From: Macrostomum lignano
Lineage: Eukaryota
Direction: 5' to 3'
NCBI GenBank assembly: GCA_002269645.1
Contig: NIVC01000634.1
Coordinates: 43,698 to 107,697 of the forward strand
Length of the DNA: 64,000 nucleotides
Numbering within the stretch: the stretch's first letter is position 1; every line of letters starts with the position of its first letter. The notes under the pieces are model-generated. The model searched no databases, was not told the origin of the DNA, and saw nothing but the letters and a program-made list of their open reading frames with translations. Below are positions 1 to 17,150 of the stretch, piece by piece. Made by a program: the position numbers and the translations under genes.

Positions 1-59
1 CAAGATTGAACTTGGTTCTGGGAGAATGCTAAGTCTTCGTAGACGGTACGACAGTTGGA

Positions 60-520
60 GTCATAGGCAGCTTAGGTCATAGACAACTTGGGTCATAGAC
101 AGCTTGGGTCATAGACAGCTTGGGTCATAGACAACTTGGGTCATAGACAGCTTGGGTCATAGACAGCTTGGGTCATAGAAAGCTTGGGGCATAGACAGCT
201 TGGGTCATAGAAAACTTGGGTCATGGACAGCTTGGGTCATAGACTGCGTGGGTCATAGACTGCTTGGGTCATAGACAGCTTGGGTTATAGACAGCTTGGG
301 TCATGGACAGCTTGGGTCATAGACTGCTTGGGTCATAGACAGCTTGGGTTATAGACAGATTGACTCATAGACAGTTGAGGTCATAGACAGCTTGAGTCAT
401 AGACGGCTTGGGTCATAGACTGTTTGGGTCATGAAAAGCTTGGGGCATAGACAGCTTGGGTTATAGAAAACTTGGGTCATAGACAGTTTGGTTCGTAGAA
501 AATTGGGTCATTTACATTGT
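60..520. repeat. Minisatellite, ~16-bp unit (CATAGACAGCTTGGGT)
   Basis: Directly visible tandem copies with point variants. Confidence 0.9.
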
Positions 521-1339
521 ACTGCTTCATAGACTGTTTGAAAAGAAAAATCAAAACTTACTATCTCGCTAACGCATTCCGAATCCAACTAGACCCTCAA
601 TTTCTTTCATAAATTGGTCCCATATTTTGCCCACCATTACACGTAGGAGCACCACGTTGAGGCGAACAAAAGTTCTAATGTTTTTTCTCCCCTCTTTTTG
701 GCAGTTTCGTAGCCTTTTTCTTCTCTCCAGCATATTGATATTTTTCTATATTAGAAAGAATCTTCATATACTCTAAGTAGTTCGCAAGCGTTTTTTGAAA
801 GCGATTAGTAGGATTATCACCATGTTTGGAAGTACCAAAACAATTGCTTGATATTGACGCTACCAGCTTATTCTATAAAACTATCTACTGATGTATGCTA
901 CTTTCAGTAGGCCTAATTGTCTTCTAGAAAGCTAATACTCGTTTATCTGTCACTCGTATGCTTCTCTCTACTGTTTAAACAGCAATCAGTCTCGCTTCGT
1001 TATTTAAAACTCTTTGCTGTGCTTTTCTGCTTCAGCTACTAGTAAGTAGCAATCAAAGAATATTTCTTAATTTTCCATCGAACTATTTAATTTTTTTAAT
1101 TCTTGTTGCTACCCCAAAAATTTTATTATTTTTCTTGAGGAAATAAAAAACGCACGAAAGTTTTCAAATAAAGGTTTCAACCAGCAGCACAAATCCGGTC
1201 ATTGATGATTGTTTTCATTTTAGAATTAGAAGCTTTTTGAATATTTCTGTACACTGAGTGAGTGAGTCTGAGTGGGAACTGGCCGAGACAACCCTCGTTG
1301 TTTCGTTTCGTGAATACGAAAAGTTTTCGGTTTGTGGCC

Positions 1340-1890
1340 GTTTGGTCATGTGGATGCTCGAGTCATAGACGTTTTGTGACATGGACAATTGCGGTCATAG
1401 TTTTGGACATAAACCATTTAGGTCATATATACGAGTAGCTTGGGTTAACGACAGTTCGTGGGTCATAGATAGTTTGGGGTCATAGACAGTTGAGTCATAG
1501 ACAGTTGGGGTCATAGACAGTTGGGGTCATAGTTTTGGACAAAAAAACCGTTTAGGTCATATATAGCTTGGGTTAACGACAGTTCAGTGATAGCTAGAGT
1601 TACAGACCATGTGGTCAAAGACAGTTTGTGGGTCATATACAGTTTGGGTCATAGACAGTTTGTGGGTCATAGACAGCTTGCGTCATAGACAGTTTGTGAG
1701 TCATAGACAGTTTGAGTCAGTTTGTGGGTCATAGACAGTTGGGTCATAGGCAGTTTGTGGGTCATAGACGGTTGGGTCATAGACAGTTTGTGGGTCATAG
1801 ACAGTTGGGTGATAGACAGTTTTTTGGGTCAGATAGTTTGGGGTAATAGATCGTTGGGTTATAGACAGCTTGGGGTCGTAGACAGTTAAT
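1340..1890. repeat. Degenerate minisatellite, 16-18-bp unit (CATAGACAGTTTGTGGGT), same family as 60-520
   Basis: Tandem GGTCATAGACAG cores; the source of the spurious TVYDP ORF 1701..1931. Confidence 0.85.
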
Positions 1891-2427
1891 GTTAGAGAAA
1901 ATTCGTTTATTCGCAGCCAGACTTCACTCAACTCCTAAGATTATACTAGTTAGTTTGTTTAATCCAACTCAATATTTCTGTGTTCGAGCAGCAAATCTCG
2001 CATGACCATTGCTCGGATGCTTACAGTTCTGCGACTAAAACTAGCAAAAAACAACATGGAAAGCAAATATTCAGCTGAATCGCCAAGCTCATCTACTGCT
2101 GAGTTCATCCACTCGTAAACTATAAAACTACTGCAAATAATAAATGAGCCACGAAAGCGCTAACAGAAAACTGCTGATAGCGTACGGAACTAAGGAGCGG
2201 GTGAATTTAGGAACTAAACAAATTTCGCATAGCAACACAACGTGGAACGATAAAAGTACGGCGACAACCCATGGGAGTTTGAATTTGTTGGAGATTTTTT
2301 TCCAAAAAGTAAAATAAAAAACGACTTTGTCTGTGCAAAGAACGGAGTGCAAAAATATCGGCCTTCAATCAAGTTTCCATTGATCTTGCTTTGCCTCGCC
2401 TCGGAATTTTCAAAACAAATCGCCGTC

Positions 2428-2725
2428 CTTGTACTTTCGCCATTCTTGCACTTTAGCCGTCCTTGCACTTCAGCCATCCTTGCACTTTAGCCGTCCTTGC
2501 ACTTCAGCCATCCTTGCACTTTATCCGTCCTTGCACTTTAGCCGTCCTTGCACTTCAGTCATCCTTGCACTTTCGCCGTCCTTGCACTTCAGTCATCCTT
2601 GCACTTTAGCCATCCTTGCACTTCAGTCATCCTTGCACTTTCGCCGTCCTTGCACTTCAGCCGATCTTTTGTACTTTTCGCACTTTAGCCAATTCTCCTT
2701 GCACTTTACTCGTACTTGCACTAAA
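2428..2725. repeat. Minisatellite, 17-bp unit (CCTTGCACTTCAGCCAT) in the probable 3' UTR of the ENT4-like gene
   Basis: Visible tandem copies; degenerate copies begin right after the ENT4 stop at 2727. Confidence 0.85.
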
Positions 2726-2726
2726 G

Positions 2727-8082
<5,356 letters not shown>

Positions 8083-9072
8083 TGGCCAGATCCGCTGCGG
8101 CTCCGCCAGCGCTGCCAGCCGGCCCGGTCAGTTTTGTGCCGCTCAGCTCCGCGGCTTCTCCCGCCTCCCCTCCCCGCCTTCCCCGCCTTCCCCGCCTGTG
8201 CGCTCCGTGGATGAGGGGATCGGACAGGGAGTTGGGGATCGGACAGGGAGTTGGGGAATCAGGCACGGGAGTGTACAGGCGGGTTGAGGTTGTTATTTGG
8301 GAGGAGAGATGAAGGAGGCTGCGGTAGCAGCAGCCAGTACAGTTTTCCGCTGTCTGCCTGCCTGTCTGAATCCCCTTTCCCAAATCCACCCTGCGCAGCG
8401 CACGGCCCAGCCCGGCGCACAAGTCTGTCATCGGGCGCGAAAGCAACTCCAGCACTACTAGATAGTAGAAATGCACGCTAATTAAGCCTTTTTATAAATG
8501 TCTGAGCAGCATTCAGACAAGAACTGCTCAAGTGGAAGGACGGGAGACTGCGAGCCGTACGTTTCTTAGAAAACGTTTATGAGGCTGGTTTTTTCCGAAG
8601 ACTACACTATAGAGATAGGAATTTTTCATTTTTTCAGCACAAAAATTTGTTTTTGCTTTCGATAGTAGGCAGACCCAATGCTCCTCTTTTGATATGTTGT
8701 GCCTCTCTTATAGCTCTATTGATATTTATAAAGCTTTTTGTTCAGAAAATCAGGATTCTGTGTTAATACTTTGTTCCACGCACAACTGCACATGTCCTGT
8801 GCCGAAAAAGCATTAAAATGGCACGGCTCGGCTCATTGGTTTTATGAATCTATTCTGTCATTTTTAGCTCACTGTGTAACAATATGTGTAACAGAGATGA
8901 TTAAATAGATTTATTAAACCAAAGATTCGAGCTGTGCCATGCATTTTTATGATTTTTAGGTGCAGGGAATGTCTGTCTTCGCACCTTCTCAAACACGAAT
9001 CAATCATCAATCACTGGGGCATTCGGTGCAGCCCCAGTGCGCCAATCAGCACTGCGCATCAGCACAACGGAC

Positions 9073-9305
9073 CGCATGTGTGTCTGCATCAGCTGTGACT
9101 TCGGTAGCCATGTGTGTCTGCATCAGCTGTGACTTCGGTAGCCATGTGTGTCTGCATCAGCTGTGACTTCGGTAGCCATGTGTGTCTGCATCAGCTGTGA
9201 CTTCGGTGGCCATGTGTGTCTGCATCAGCTGTGACTTCGGTGGCCATGTGTGTCTGTATCAGCTGTGACTTCGGTGGCCATGTGTGTCTGCATCAGGTCT
9301 GACTT
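9073..9305. repeat. Minisatellite, 34-bp unit (CATGTGTGTCTGCATCAGCTGTGACTTCGGTAGC)
   Basis: About 7 visible tandem copies between the divergent ENT4-like and IQCH-like genes. Confidence 0.92.
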
Positions 9306-9951
9306 CGGTGGTCCACTGGCCTTCACCAAGGATACTCCGACTTCGCTTGATCAAGCCTTCACATCGGAGCAAACCTCAGCTGCGGAGCTCGGCTTACGCA
9401 CCCGAGGTGTGTTGCACTGCAGCTGCAGCATCTTCATCTGGCCGCAGTCATGCAGAACTGCAAAGGCAAATATAATTATAAATGCCTGAAATTTTTGTCA
9501 CGCGCAGCTCAAGTTCGCTGGAGAGGGCCGGAGCGTGTTGACCCCGCGGGTAGAACTGGCGAGACAGACAGAAATAAACTGGCATATGATCGACCGTTAC
9601 AGGGGGAGTGAGAGCTTGGCACCTGGGCCTGTGCTCAGTTTGCTGTGTTTGTCGAGACTGTGTTTTTCTCTGCTGGCGCTCAGCGGTGCGGAGAGGCGCA
9701 GCGAAGGAAGAGGGGGGAGGGGGGTCAGAGAAGAGAGCAGAGCGGTTGGCCCCACCGCAAGCCCCCCTCAGACCGCAGACTCAGCTCTCTTCCGCTCTCT
9801 CCATTTCTTTTCAAAAAGAGAGCAGGCGGGTCAACGGCAAAGCCTGACTCTGAGAGAAGAAAATGTTGAGGCCAGCGGAGCCGCTGAATTGAAACTCGTC
9901 ATTGCTGAAGCTGCTCAAGCTGCTCAAGCTGCTCAAGGCCTCTCCCCGGTT

Positions 9952-12601
9952 ATGATTGCCGACGACTCCGAGCGGGCGCTGACCTCCGGCCTGCTCAGCG
10001 CGCTGGGAACCGAGGCGCGCCAGATCCCGCTGCGCCCGACCACGGCCGGCCTCACCCGTCGGGCCCGCCTGGCCAAGCCGACGGCGCCTCTGCCGCTTGA
10101 GGAAGACGGCGGCTCCGGCGGGGACGGCGGCCTGCAGCTGCCGCTGATCGACGACGCTCGCCGACAGAAGCGTCGGAAGCGGCCACCAGCTGGCGGCTCC
10201 AGTCCGGACCGGCTGGAAGCACTCGGCCCCCGGCGCCTCGGCCGAACAAGGCGAGTCGGCGACTCGACCTGCCACGGCCGCCGCATCCTGGCGTCGACGC
10301 CGCTCGGAGACGTCGCCGAAGCCGATGGCTGCCGATGTTGCCGATTGCGTCAACACGCGCTACGCGGTGCTGAACGGCCGCACCCGGACGGAGGCCAGCG
10401 ATTTCGAGGCCTTCAGGCGGCGCTACGGCCGCGGCAGCGAATGGGGTCGCGTGGCGTGGGCGGCCCGCTGCATGGAGCAGTTCCTCACCGCCTACTCCGT
10501 GCCGATCGCCTTCGTCAACGGCGAGAAGCTGGCGGCCCTGGCTGAGCAGCTCGACTTGTCCGGCCGGCGGCCGACCGGAGCTCAGCTTCTCGACTGTCTC
10601 ATCAACCGGTCGGACGTGGCGCGGCTGGTGTCGCAGCCCGGCCGGCGGTTCTCCGGCCCGGACGGCCGGTTCCGAGCCTGCGCGCTCATCCAGGCCCGCT
10701 GGCGCGGCTTCGCGCAGCGCCGCCGCTACCTGGAGCTGCGGCGCCGGCGCCAGGCGGCCGTTGTCATCGCCACGGCCTGGCTGCTGCAACTGCGCCGGAG
10801 GGTCGCCCGGGTGCGTCTCAGCGAAGCCCGGTCGCAGCACCTAGACGGCTACAGGCGCAGGCTGCGGCTGCTCGCCAAGAACTGGGCGGACTGGCAGCGC
10901 CAGCGCCGCGTCCTGGTGCACATCCCGTCGGCTGGGCTCTCGGAGCGGACGCGGAGTCGTCTCGGCGATGACGGCATCGACCAGCTGCAGGCCGGGCAGA
11001 TGGCGCGGTTGTGCGACATCCGCGACCCAAATGTTGACGTCGTGCTGGTCTGCCCGCGGCCGGTGAGCCCGGAGGTGGCGCAGTACTTCAGCCGGCTGGC
11101 GGGCCTTCAGCCTGCCATCCGGTCGGGCCGCGCCGAGGACCAGGCGGACGCCAGCAGGAGGTTTCGCCTGGTGGTGCCGGAGGCGGTCGGTCAGTTCCGC
11201 GGGCTGCCGCTGTGCCTGTCCACCCTGCTCAACTACTCGCCGAAGGCGCTCCGCCAGATTCGCGAGGTGGTGGTGGGCCGGCGGGCCTTCATCGTGCCCG
11301 GGCTGGCCTGCGCCGACGACCTCGCCGTGGCCGACCAGCTGGACCTGCCGATCCTCTGCCCGGAGCCCGGCGCCCTACGGCTGTACAGCGGCAGCGCGGG
11401 AGTCGGAGAAATTCTTCGAGCTGCCGGGCTGCCGATGCCGCCGGGCGAAGCCGGGCTGGCGGCGTCGGTCGAATGTCTGGCTGACAGGCTGGCGGCGCTG
11501 GTCACCTCCAACCTGGACGTCGGCCGGTGGCAGGTGACGCTGGAGGATTCGGTCGACGAAGCGGAGGACGCGGATCGAAGCCGGCGGGTGTTCGACACGG
11601 AGCGACTTCGCTGTCGCCAGTGGGCGCTGGAGGAGCGGCAGCGGCTTGGAGAGGCGTGGTCAACGTCTTGGAGTCAGGAGGGCGTCAAGCTGAAGGTGCT
11701 GGAGGAGCTTCACCAGTCCGACTCGGCAGGGCTGAGCGGCCAGTGCGGCCGGGAGTTCCTGGCCGAGTTCGCCGCTCGCGGAGGCTGCATTCGAGCGTGC
11801 GCGGACGGCAGGGCGGCTCGGGTCAGCGCCGACCTCTGCGTTGAGCCGAGCGGAGCTGTGCGGCTCGTCAGCTGCGCGGACGGCGGCGGCAGCGGCGGTC
11901 CGAGGTTCGTACCCCAGTCAGCGCTGCCACCGAGCCGCCTCTCCGAGCTCTGTGGCCGGCTCGGCTCGGCCTGCTTCGAACGACGACTCATCGGGCACGT
12001 CAGCGTCGAATTCGACGTGTTCCAGGAGGGCGGCAGCTCCGCGCCTGCCGTGCTGACAGCCGGGCTGCGGTTCGGCTACTCGGACACGGCCGCGATGGCG
12101 CAGCTGCTGCAGTTCGCCACCAACTCCAGCCTCGACCCGGTTGGCCACGAGCTCACGATGAGGCGGCGGCTTCCCGGCGGCGGCGGCGGAGGCAGCAGCA
12201 GCGGAGTTCGGCACCGACCGCGCACCGCCGCTGCTGCAGTCGGCTCCACCGGCAGTGGTCGTCAGCGTCGATTTGCCGCTCTGTCGGCCGGCCTGCGGCA
12301 CTCCGGCCTGGCCGCCGTGGACTTCGGCGTCTTCTTCCAGCTGTGCAAAGCCCGTGGCGTCGGGTTCGACGTCGCGGACCTCACCGGCACCGTCTTCTGC
12401 CTGGCCGAATCGGCTCGGCGCGACCGCCTGTGCGTCCTGACGGTGTCGAACGGGTCGCATCGGGCGCGGGCGGAGTTCGCGCGGGTGCTGGCCGCCATCA
12501 ACGAGGAGCTGGGCGCGGCGGAGTTGTCGAACTTCGCGGACTACCTGCCGCCGGAGGGCGAGAGAGTCGAGCGGCTGAAGGCGCGGGGCTCGGAGGCCTG
12601 A
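9952..12601 (+). CDS. IQCH: IQ motif-containing protein H (IQCH)-like; main ORF 10325..12601, probable N-terminus from ATG 9952 in another frame
   Basis: IQ motif LIQARWRGFAQRRRY followed by AAVVIATAWL, RVLVHIPS, RLCDIRDPNVDVV, LNYSPKAL and DDLAVADQLDLPILCPEP, all collinear with IQCH as recalled. The 5' part (9952-~10200) is in a different frame, so the start is uncertain. Confidence 0.85.
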
Positions 12602-13237
12602 CGGAGAAAATCTGCTCAGGAAAGCAATGTATAAGAGAGATGAAACAGCGGCCAAAACACACGCCGGCTTCGGCTGACCTTCAGATATCTGGCAAACTAT
12701 ACAGCTAAACACTGAAGAGCTGCTCTCCCACTAATGCGTTTTGAAACTGCATATAAACTGTGCTTTTAAGTTTCCATAATTTTCAAGTGCGTGCCAGACA
12801 CTCTTACTGCAAGTAGCCAATTTGGAGTTGTATGGAGTTGAAGTACTACTCACAGTACGAACTTTGATTAGCGATGTACCTCGCTGAGTGTGATTGAAAT
12901 GTTATTTATGCTTTGCATTTTAGCTCTGGTAGGGTAGCAGTGAAGGCATGTCAGTCTGTACAGATAAATAAACTACTATGAGTAGTGCATATGTGTTGCT
13001 CAGTACAGCACTGTGCTTGAACTGCACTTCAGCAAGGAATTGAATGTTTATTTGTGAATTTATCTAGAAAATCTATTTATTGCATATTTTTATCCCATTG
13101 CGATTTCTCAGAATCCCACAACGCCGCGGGGCTTCCTTCTGTTCGATGATGAGCACCAGATGCCGCCGGGGTCGCGTGCTTCCCAGGTACTCAGCTCAAG
13201 CGGCTGCCACCTGCCCTTGGGAAAATCCCCGACCCCA

Positions 13238-14242
13238 ATCTGACACCTACATTGTAGCATCTGACACCTACATTGTAGCATCTGACACCTACATTGTAGC
13301 ATCTGACACCTACATTGTAGCATCTGACACCCACATTGTAGCATCTGACACCCATATTGTAGCATCTGACACCTACATTGTAGCATCTGACACCTACATT
13401 GTAGCATCTGACACCCACATTGTAGCATCTGACACCTACATTGTAGCATCTGACACCCACATTGTAGCATCTGACACCCACATTGTAGCATCTGACACCC
13501 ACATTGTAGCATCTGACACACACATTGTAGCATCTGACACCCATATTGTAGCATCTGACACCCACATTGTAGCATCTGACACCCACATTGTAGCATCTGA
13601 CACACACATTGTAGCATCTGACACCCACATTGTAGCATCTGACACCCACATTGTAGCATCTGACACACACATTGTAGCATCTGACACACACATTGTAGCA
13701 TCTGACACCCACATTGTAGCATCTGACACCCATATTGTAGCATCTGACACCCACATTGTAGCATCTGACACCCACATTGTAGCATCTGACACACATTGTA
13801 GCATCTGACACCCACATTGTAGCATCTGACACCCCCATTGTAGCATCTGACACACACATTGTAGCATCTGACACCCATATTGTAGCATCTGACACCCACA
13901 TTGTAGCATCTGACACCCATATTGTAGCATCTGACACCCACATTGTAGCATCTGACACACACATTGTAGCATCTGACACCCACATTGTAGCATCTGACAC
14001 CCACATTGTAGCATCTGACACCCACATTGTAGCATCTGACACCCACATTGTAGATTCTGACACCCACATTGTAGCATCTGACACCCACATTGTAGATTCT
14101 GACACCCACATTGTAGCATCTGACACCCACATTGTAGGGTCTGACACCCACATTGTAGATTCTGACACCCACATTGTAGCGTCTGACACCCACATTGTAG
14201 ATTCTGACACCCACATTGTAGCGTCTGACACCCACATTGTAC
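13238..14242. repeat. Minisatellite, 21-bp unit (TCTGACACCCACATTGTAGCA)
   Basis: About 47 visible copies between the convergent IQCH-like and beta-subunit genes; explains the SDTHIVA, VRCYNVG and CQMLQCG ORFs. Confidence 0.97.
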
Positions 14243-14493
14243 GCCCACCTTGTAGCTCTTGTGACCGCCGGGACATTTTGTGGCTTCTGACAGCCGTTAT
14301 AATTCTCTTGACACTGAAATAACGTTAATTTAAATCAAGTAACTATAAAAGGTGAAAGATTTTCAGTAATTGTCCAGCAAAAGAAGAGGACATGATTGAT
14401 ATCAGAGTCAGAATCCAGCTCAGATAAAGCAGAGCCATAGGTGTCAGTCAGCAACACTTTCATTCGCCGGGCTGCTCAACTGCAGCTCAGGTT

Positions 14494-15324
14494 CTACTTG
14501 AACAGCAGCTGCAGCCGCGCCGATGTGCTGGCGTTTCTCAGAATCTCGTTGTCCAGCCAGCAGGTGACGCTGATCAAGACGTTCCTCGGCGGCCGCCTCA
14601 GCTGCACCATCGCCACTGGGGGCAGGTAGAACGGCGAGTCAGTCACGTACGGGAAGAAGTACCTGGGGAAGTAGGTGAAGGATTGGGAGAGGTACCGCAT
14701 GGTGGGGTAGTAGGCCAGGCTGATGTTGGCCCCGGACACCGAGCATGCGATTCTGGGGTTCTCCGAGTAGTTCCTCGACAGCTGCGGTCCCGCCTTCACG
14801 AGGACGCACGGGTCGCCCCTGACGTAGCCGAAGGCCGCGTAGGCGTTGCAGGGGCCGAAGGCGGCAACGGATGGCACGCAGGTCTCGCCGACGGTCGGGT
14901 AGCGCTGCTCGCTGGCGCAGTCCGTGGGGCGCCGGCGGCCCCGGTTCAGCAGCGGGCGCCACACGCGGACCGATGCGTGGCTGAGCTGCTGACCGAGCCG
15001 CGACAACATCATCGCCATGGCCTCCGAGTTGGCCTGGTCCACCTCCACCCGGGGACCGCCGAAGTGGCTCCGAGGCTCGAGCAGCAGGTAGCCGGTGGGC
15101 GCCGGCTTGAGCAGCAGCAGGCAGACGACGGCGAGGAAGCCGGCGGCGAACAGCGTCATAATGGCCACGGCCAAAGCCACCTGGATCTTCAGCTGGTTGT
15201 CGGCGCTGCTGTCCACCTCTGTGACGGGTGCCGGCGCCGGTTCTTTCGTCGAGTCGACGGGGAAGTAGCGCGGCGAAAACCGGGACTGCCGCCGGGCGTA
15301 CTTGGCGCGCTGCGGCTCCGACAT
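14494..15324 (-). CDS. Na+/K+-ATPase beta-subunit-like type II membrane protein, 276 aa, intronless
   Basis: Single N-terminal TM helix. Ectodomain has six Cys in the beta-subunit spacing, FGPC...FGYVRGDPCVLVK, YFPRYFFPY and YLPPVAMVQL..PPRNVLISVTC. N-glycosylation sequons NYS, NIS and NAS are present. Confidence 0.85.
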   Translation of the reverse strand: MSEPQRAKYARRQSRFSPRYFPVDSTKEPAPAPVTEVDSSADNQLKIQVALAVAIMTLFAAGFLAVVCLLLLKPAPTGYLLLEPRSHFGGPRVEVDQANSEAMAMMLSRLGQQLSHASVRVWRPLLNRGRRRPTDCASEQRYPTVGETCVPSVAAFGPCNAYAAFGYVRGDPCVLVKAGPQLSRNYSENPRIACSVSGANISLAYYPTMRYLSQSFTYFPRYFFPYVTDSPFYLPPVAMVQLRRPPRNVLISVTCWLDNEILRNASTSARLQLLFK

Positions 15325-15377
15325 GGCCTGAGAGAGCAGCTGAACAGCCTCGGCGCGTTGAGCAGTGCGAGCTTCGC

Positions 15378-15384
15378 TTTTATA
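15378..15384 (-). promoter_or_regulatory. Candidate TATA box (TATAAAA) of the beta-subunit-like gene
   Basis: TATAAAA on the minus strand ~55 nt upstream of ATG 15324 in otherwise GC-rich sequence; motif and position only. Confidence 0.4.
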
Positions 15385-15949
15385 GGGCCTGGCATCCCAT
15401 CCTCCCTGCTCTCCCCGCTCCCCCCACTGACTCCTCTTCCCCTTTTTAGTCGAGCAATTTCCGATGGAGTTCCGCTGACAAGGCGAGCTGCCTGCCGCTG
15501 CAGCGCCTCGTCCGAATGCAATCGACTTTGAATGCTGGATGGGGCTGGATGAGGGAGGCTGGAGGCTGGGGGGAGGGACAGAAAGGAAGGCAGATGGCTA
15601 TTAATAATCTCCCACACACGCGCTCACAATGGCCTCGGGAAAATCATGCGCGACTGATTTTTTCGGCTTTGTATATAGCAGACTGTAGTGGGAAGTGAAC
15701 TATGCTGAGTAGAGATCCCACCTGAGCCTTATCAATCTGCGAGGTGATCTCACTGGTCACGCCTAGCAGGCATTTTGTCCTCTGAGACTCTGAAGCAGCA
15801 GACAGGCTATTTTATAGCATTAGAGCAACGTTTCTTGAGGTAGACATAAAACTCGTAGTTAATTAATTCAATAGAATATTAATTAGTTGCAATATTCTCT
15901 GTTAGGTGGCCAGGTGTGGCAGCCAGCGGTACATGTACAACCGCATGTG

Positions 15950-16102
15950 GATGCACTGTGTACAAGCACTGTGTACAAGCACTGTGTACATGCACTGTGT
16001 ACATGCACTGTGTACATGCACTGTGTACATGCACTGTGTACATGCACTGTGTACATGCACTGTGTAAATTGTGTGCATACACTGTTTAGAAGCACTGTGT
16101 AC
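15950..16102. repeat. Short minisatellite, 13-bp unit (CATGCACTGTGTA)
   Basis: Directly visible tandem copies. Confidence 0.85.
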
Positions 16103-17150
16103 AATAAAGTATGTTTTCAGCATGATAGAGGTCTAACTTGTCGGCAAGAGACTATGAAAGACAAGGTACGACCTGTTTCAGATTTCCGAAGGAGAATAAG
16201 AAGCCGTTGCGACATGCAAAACTTTCACCGAACTCAAAAGCGGCAACTTAGGAAGCGTCTCAGCTTGAGCTTGCAAGTTTGAGCTTCATAGAACGGCCCC
16301 AGGTATTCAGGGGTCCCCAGGCTGTATGAGCGCCCAGGCTGCATAAATTTCTGTCTGTCTGCAGCAGTCAGTTCGCGTAAGACTCTTATGTGCAGGCATG
16401 TGCAGGTATGTGCAGGTATGTCGATGTGATGCATCACTGAGCAGGATATTCTATTGAATCATTCCGCATTTCGGCTCTGAGCGTTCGGGCAGGGCGGAAA
16501 TCGATATGGCATTATCCCCTCGCAGTGTTCAGCCAGGTTTTTTCGGGAAAATAATCCCCACCTTGTTCTAGTAGGAATCCATTAGCATCGAAATGTATTC
16601 ATAGATTATTAAGCTACGGGCTGGAGAGTGCTTAGGCTTATCTGTGTGGCTAGCAAATGTCACTTCATAGACCGGAAATGCCTTACAAATTTGCCCATCT
16701 TGCAGTAGACTTTTACCGCGAAAAGCGAAGACGACGCGCCGCAAAAGTGCAAATGCAGGAAGGCGGGGAGTTTTGCTGCCTTATTGGCTCTGCTGTGCAG
16801 CTGGCGCCTGCATGTGTTCTTTCCGTCCGATAATCCGGGACTTGGAGAGCAAAGGAACCTCGGGGTGTGGCACTGCTGCAGGCCCCGCGTTCAACAATTG
16901 GGAATGGCCAACCGAAATGCCATCCAGGTTCCTCGCTCTCAGTTCGAACTTTTCTACCCCCCCCCCTTCTTCCCCGATCTGACGGACCCCGTTGAAAGTA
17001 TTCGGGAACTCGGGAAAAAAATCGGGATGGTAAAACCCAGGTGACCCCCCTGGTTCGAAAGCGCTTTTCGAACTCCCCCCTCTCCCAGGGAGTCAGGGGG
17101 ATAGAAATGCCCCGGCACGAGCGCTGTGCCTCCGGAAAAATTCGGTCGCG

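Noticed and set aside
10052-12712. Multiple long antisense and alternate-frame ORFs over IQCH and other GC-rich exons
   Set aside because: Expected shadow ORFs of very GC-rich coding DNA, with no recognisable motifs.
13080-14276. Cys-rich (CQMLQCG) and other repetitive ORFs suggestive of metallothionein- or keratin-associated proteins
   Set aside because: All derive from one 21-bp minisatellite that is open in several frames on both strands.
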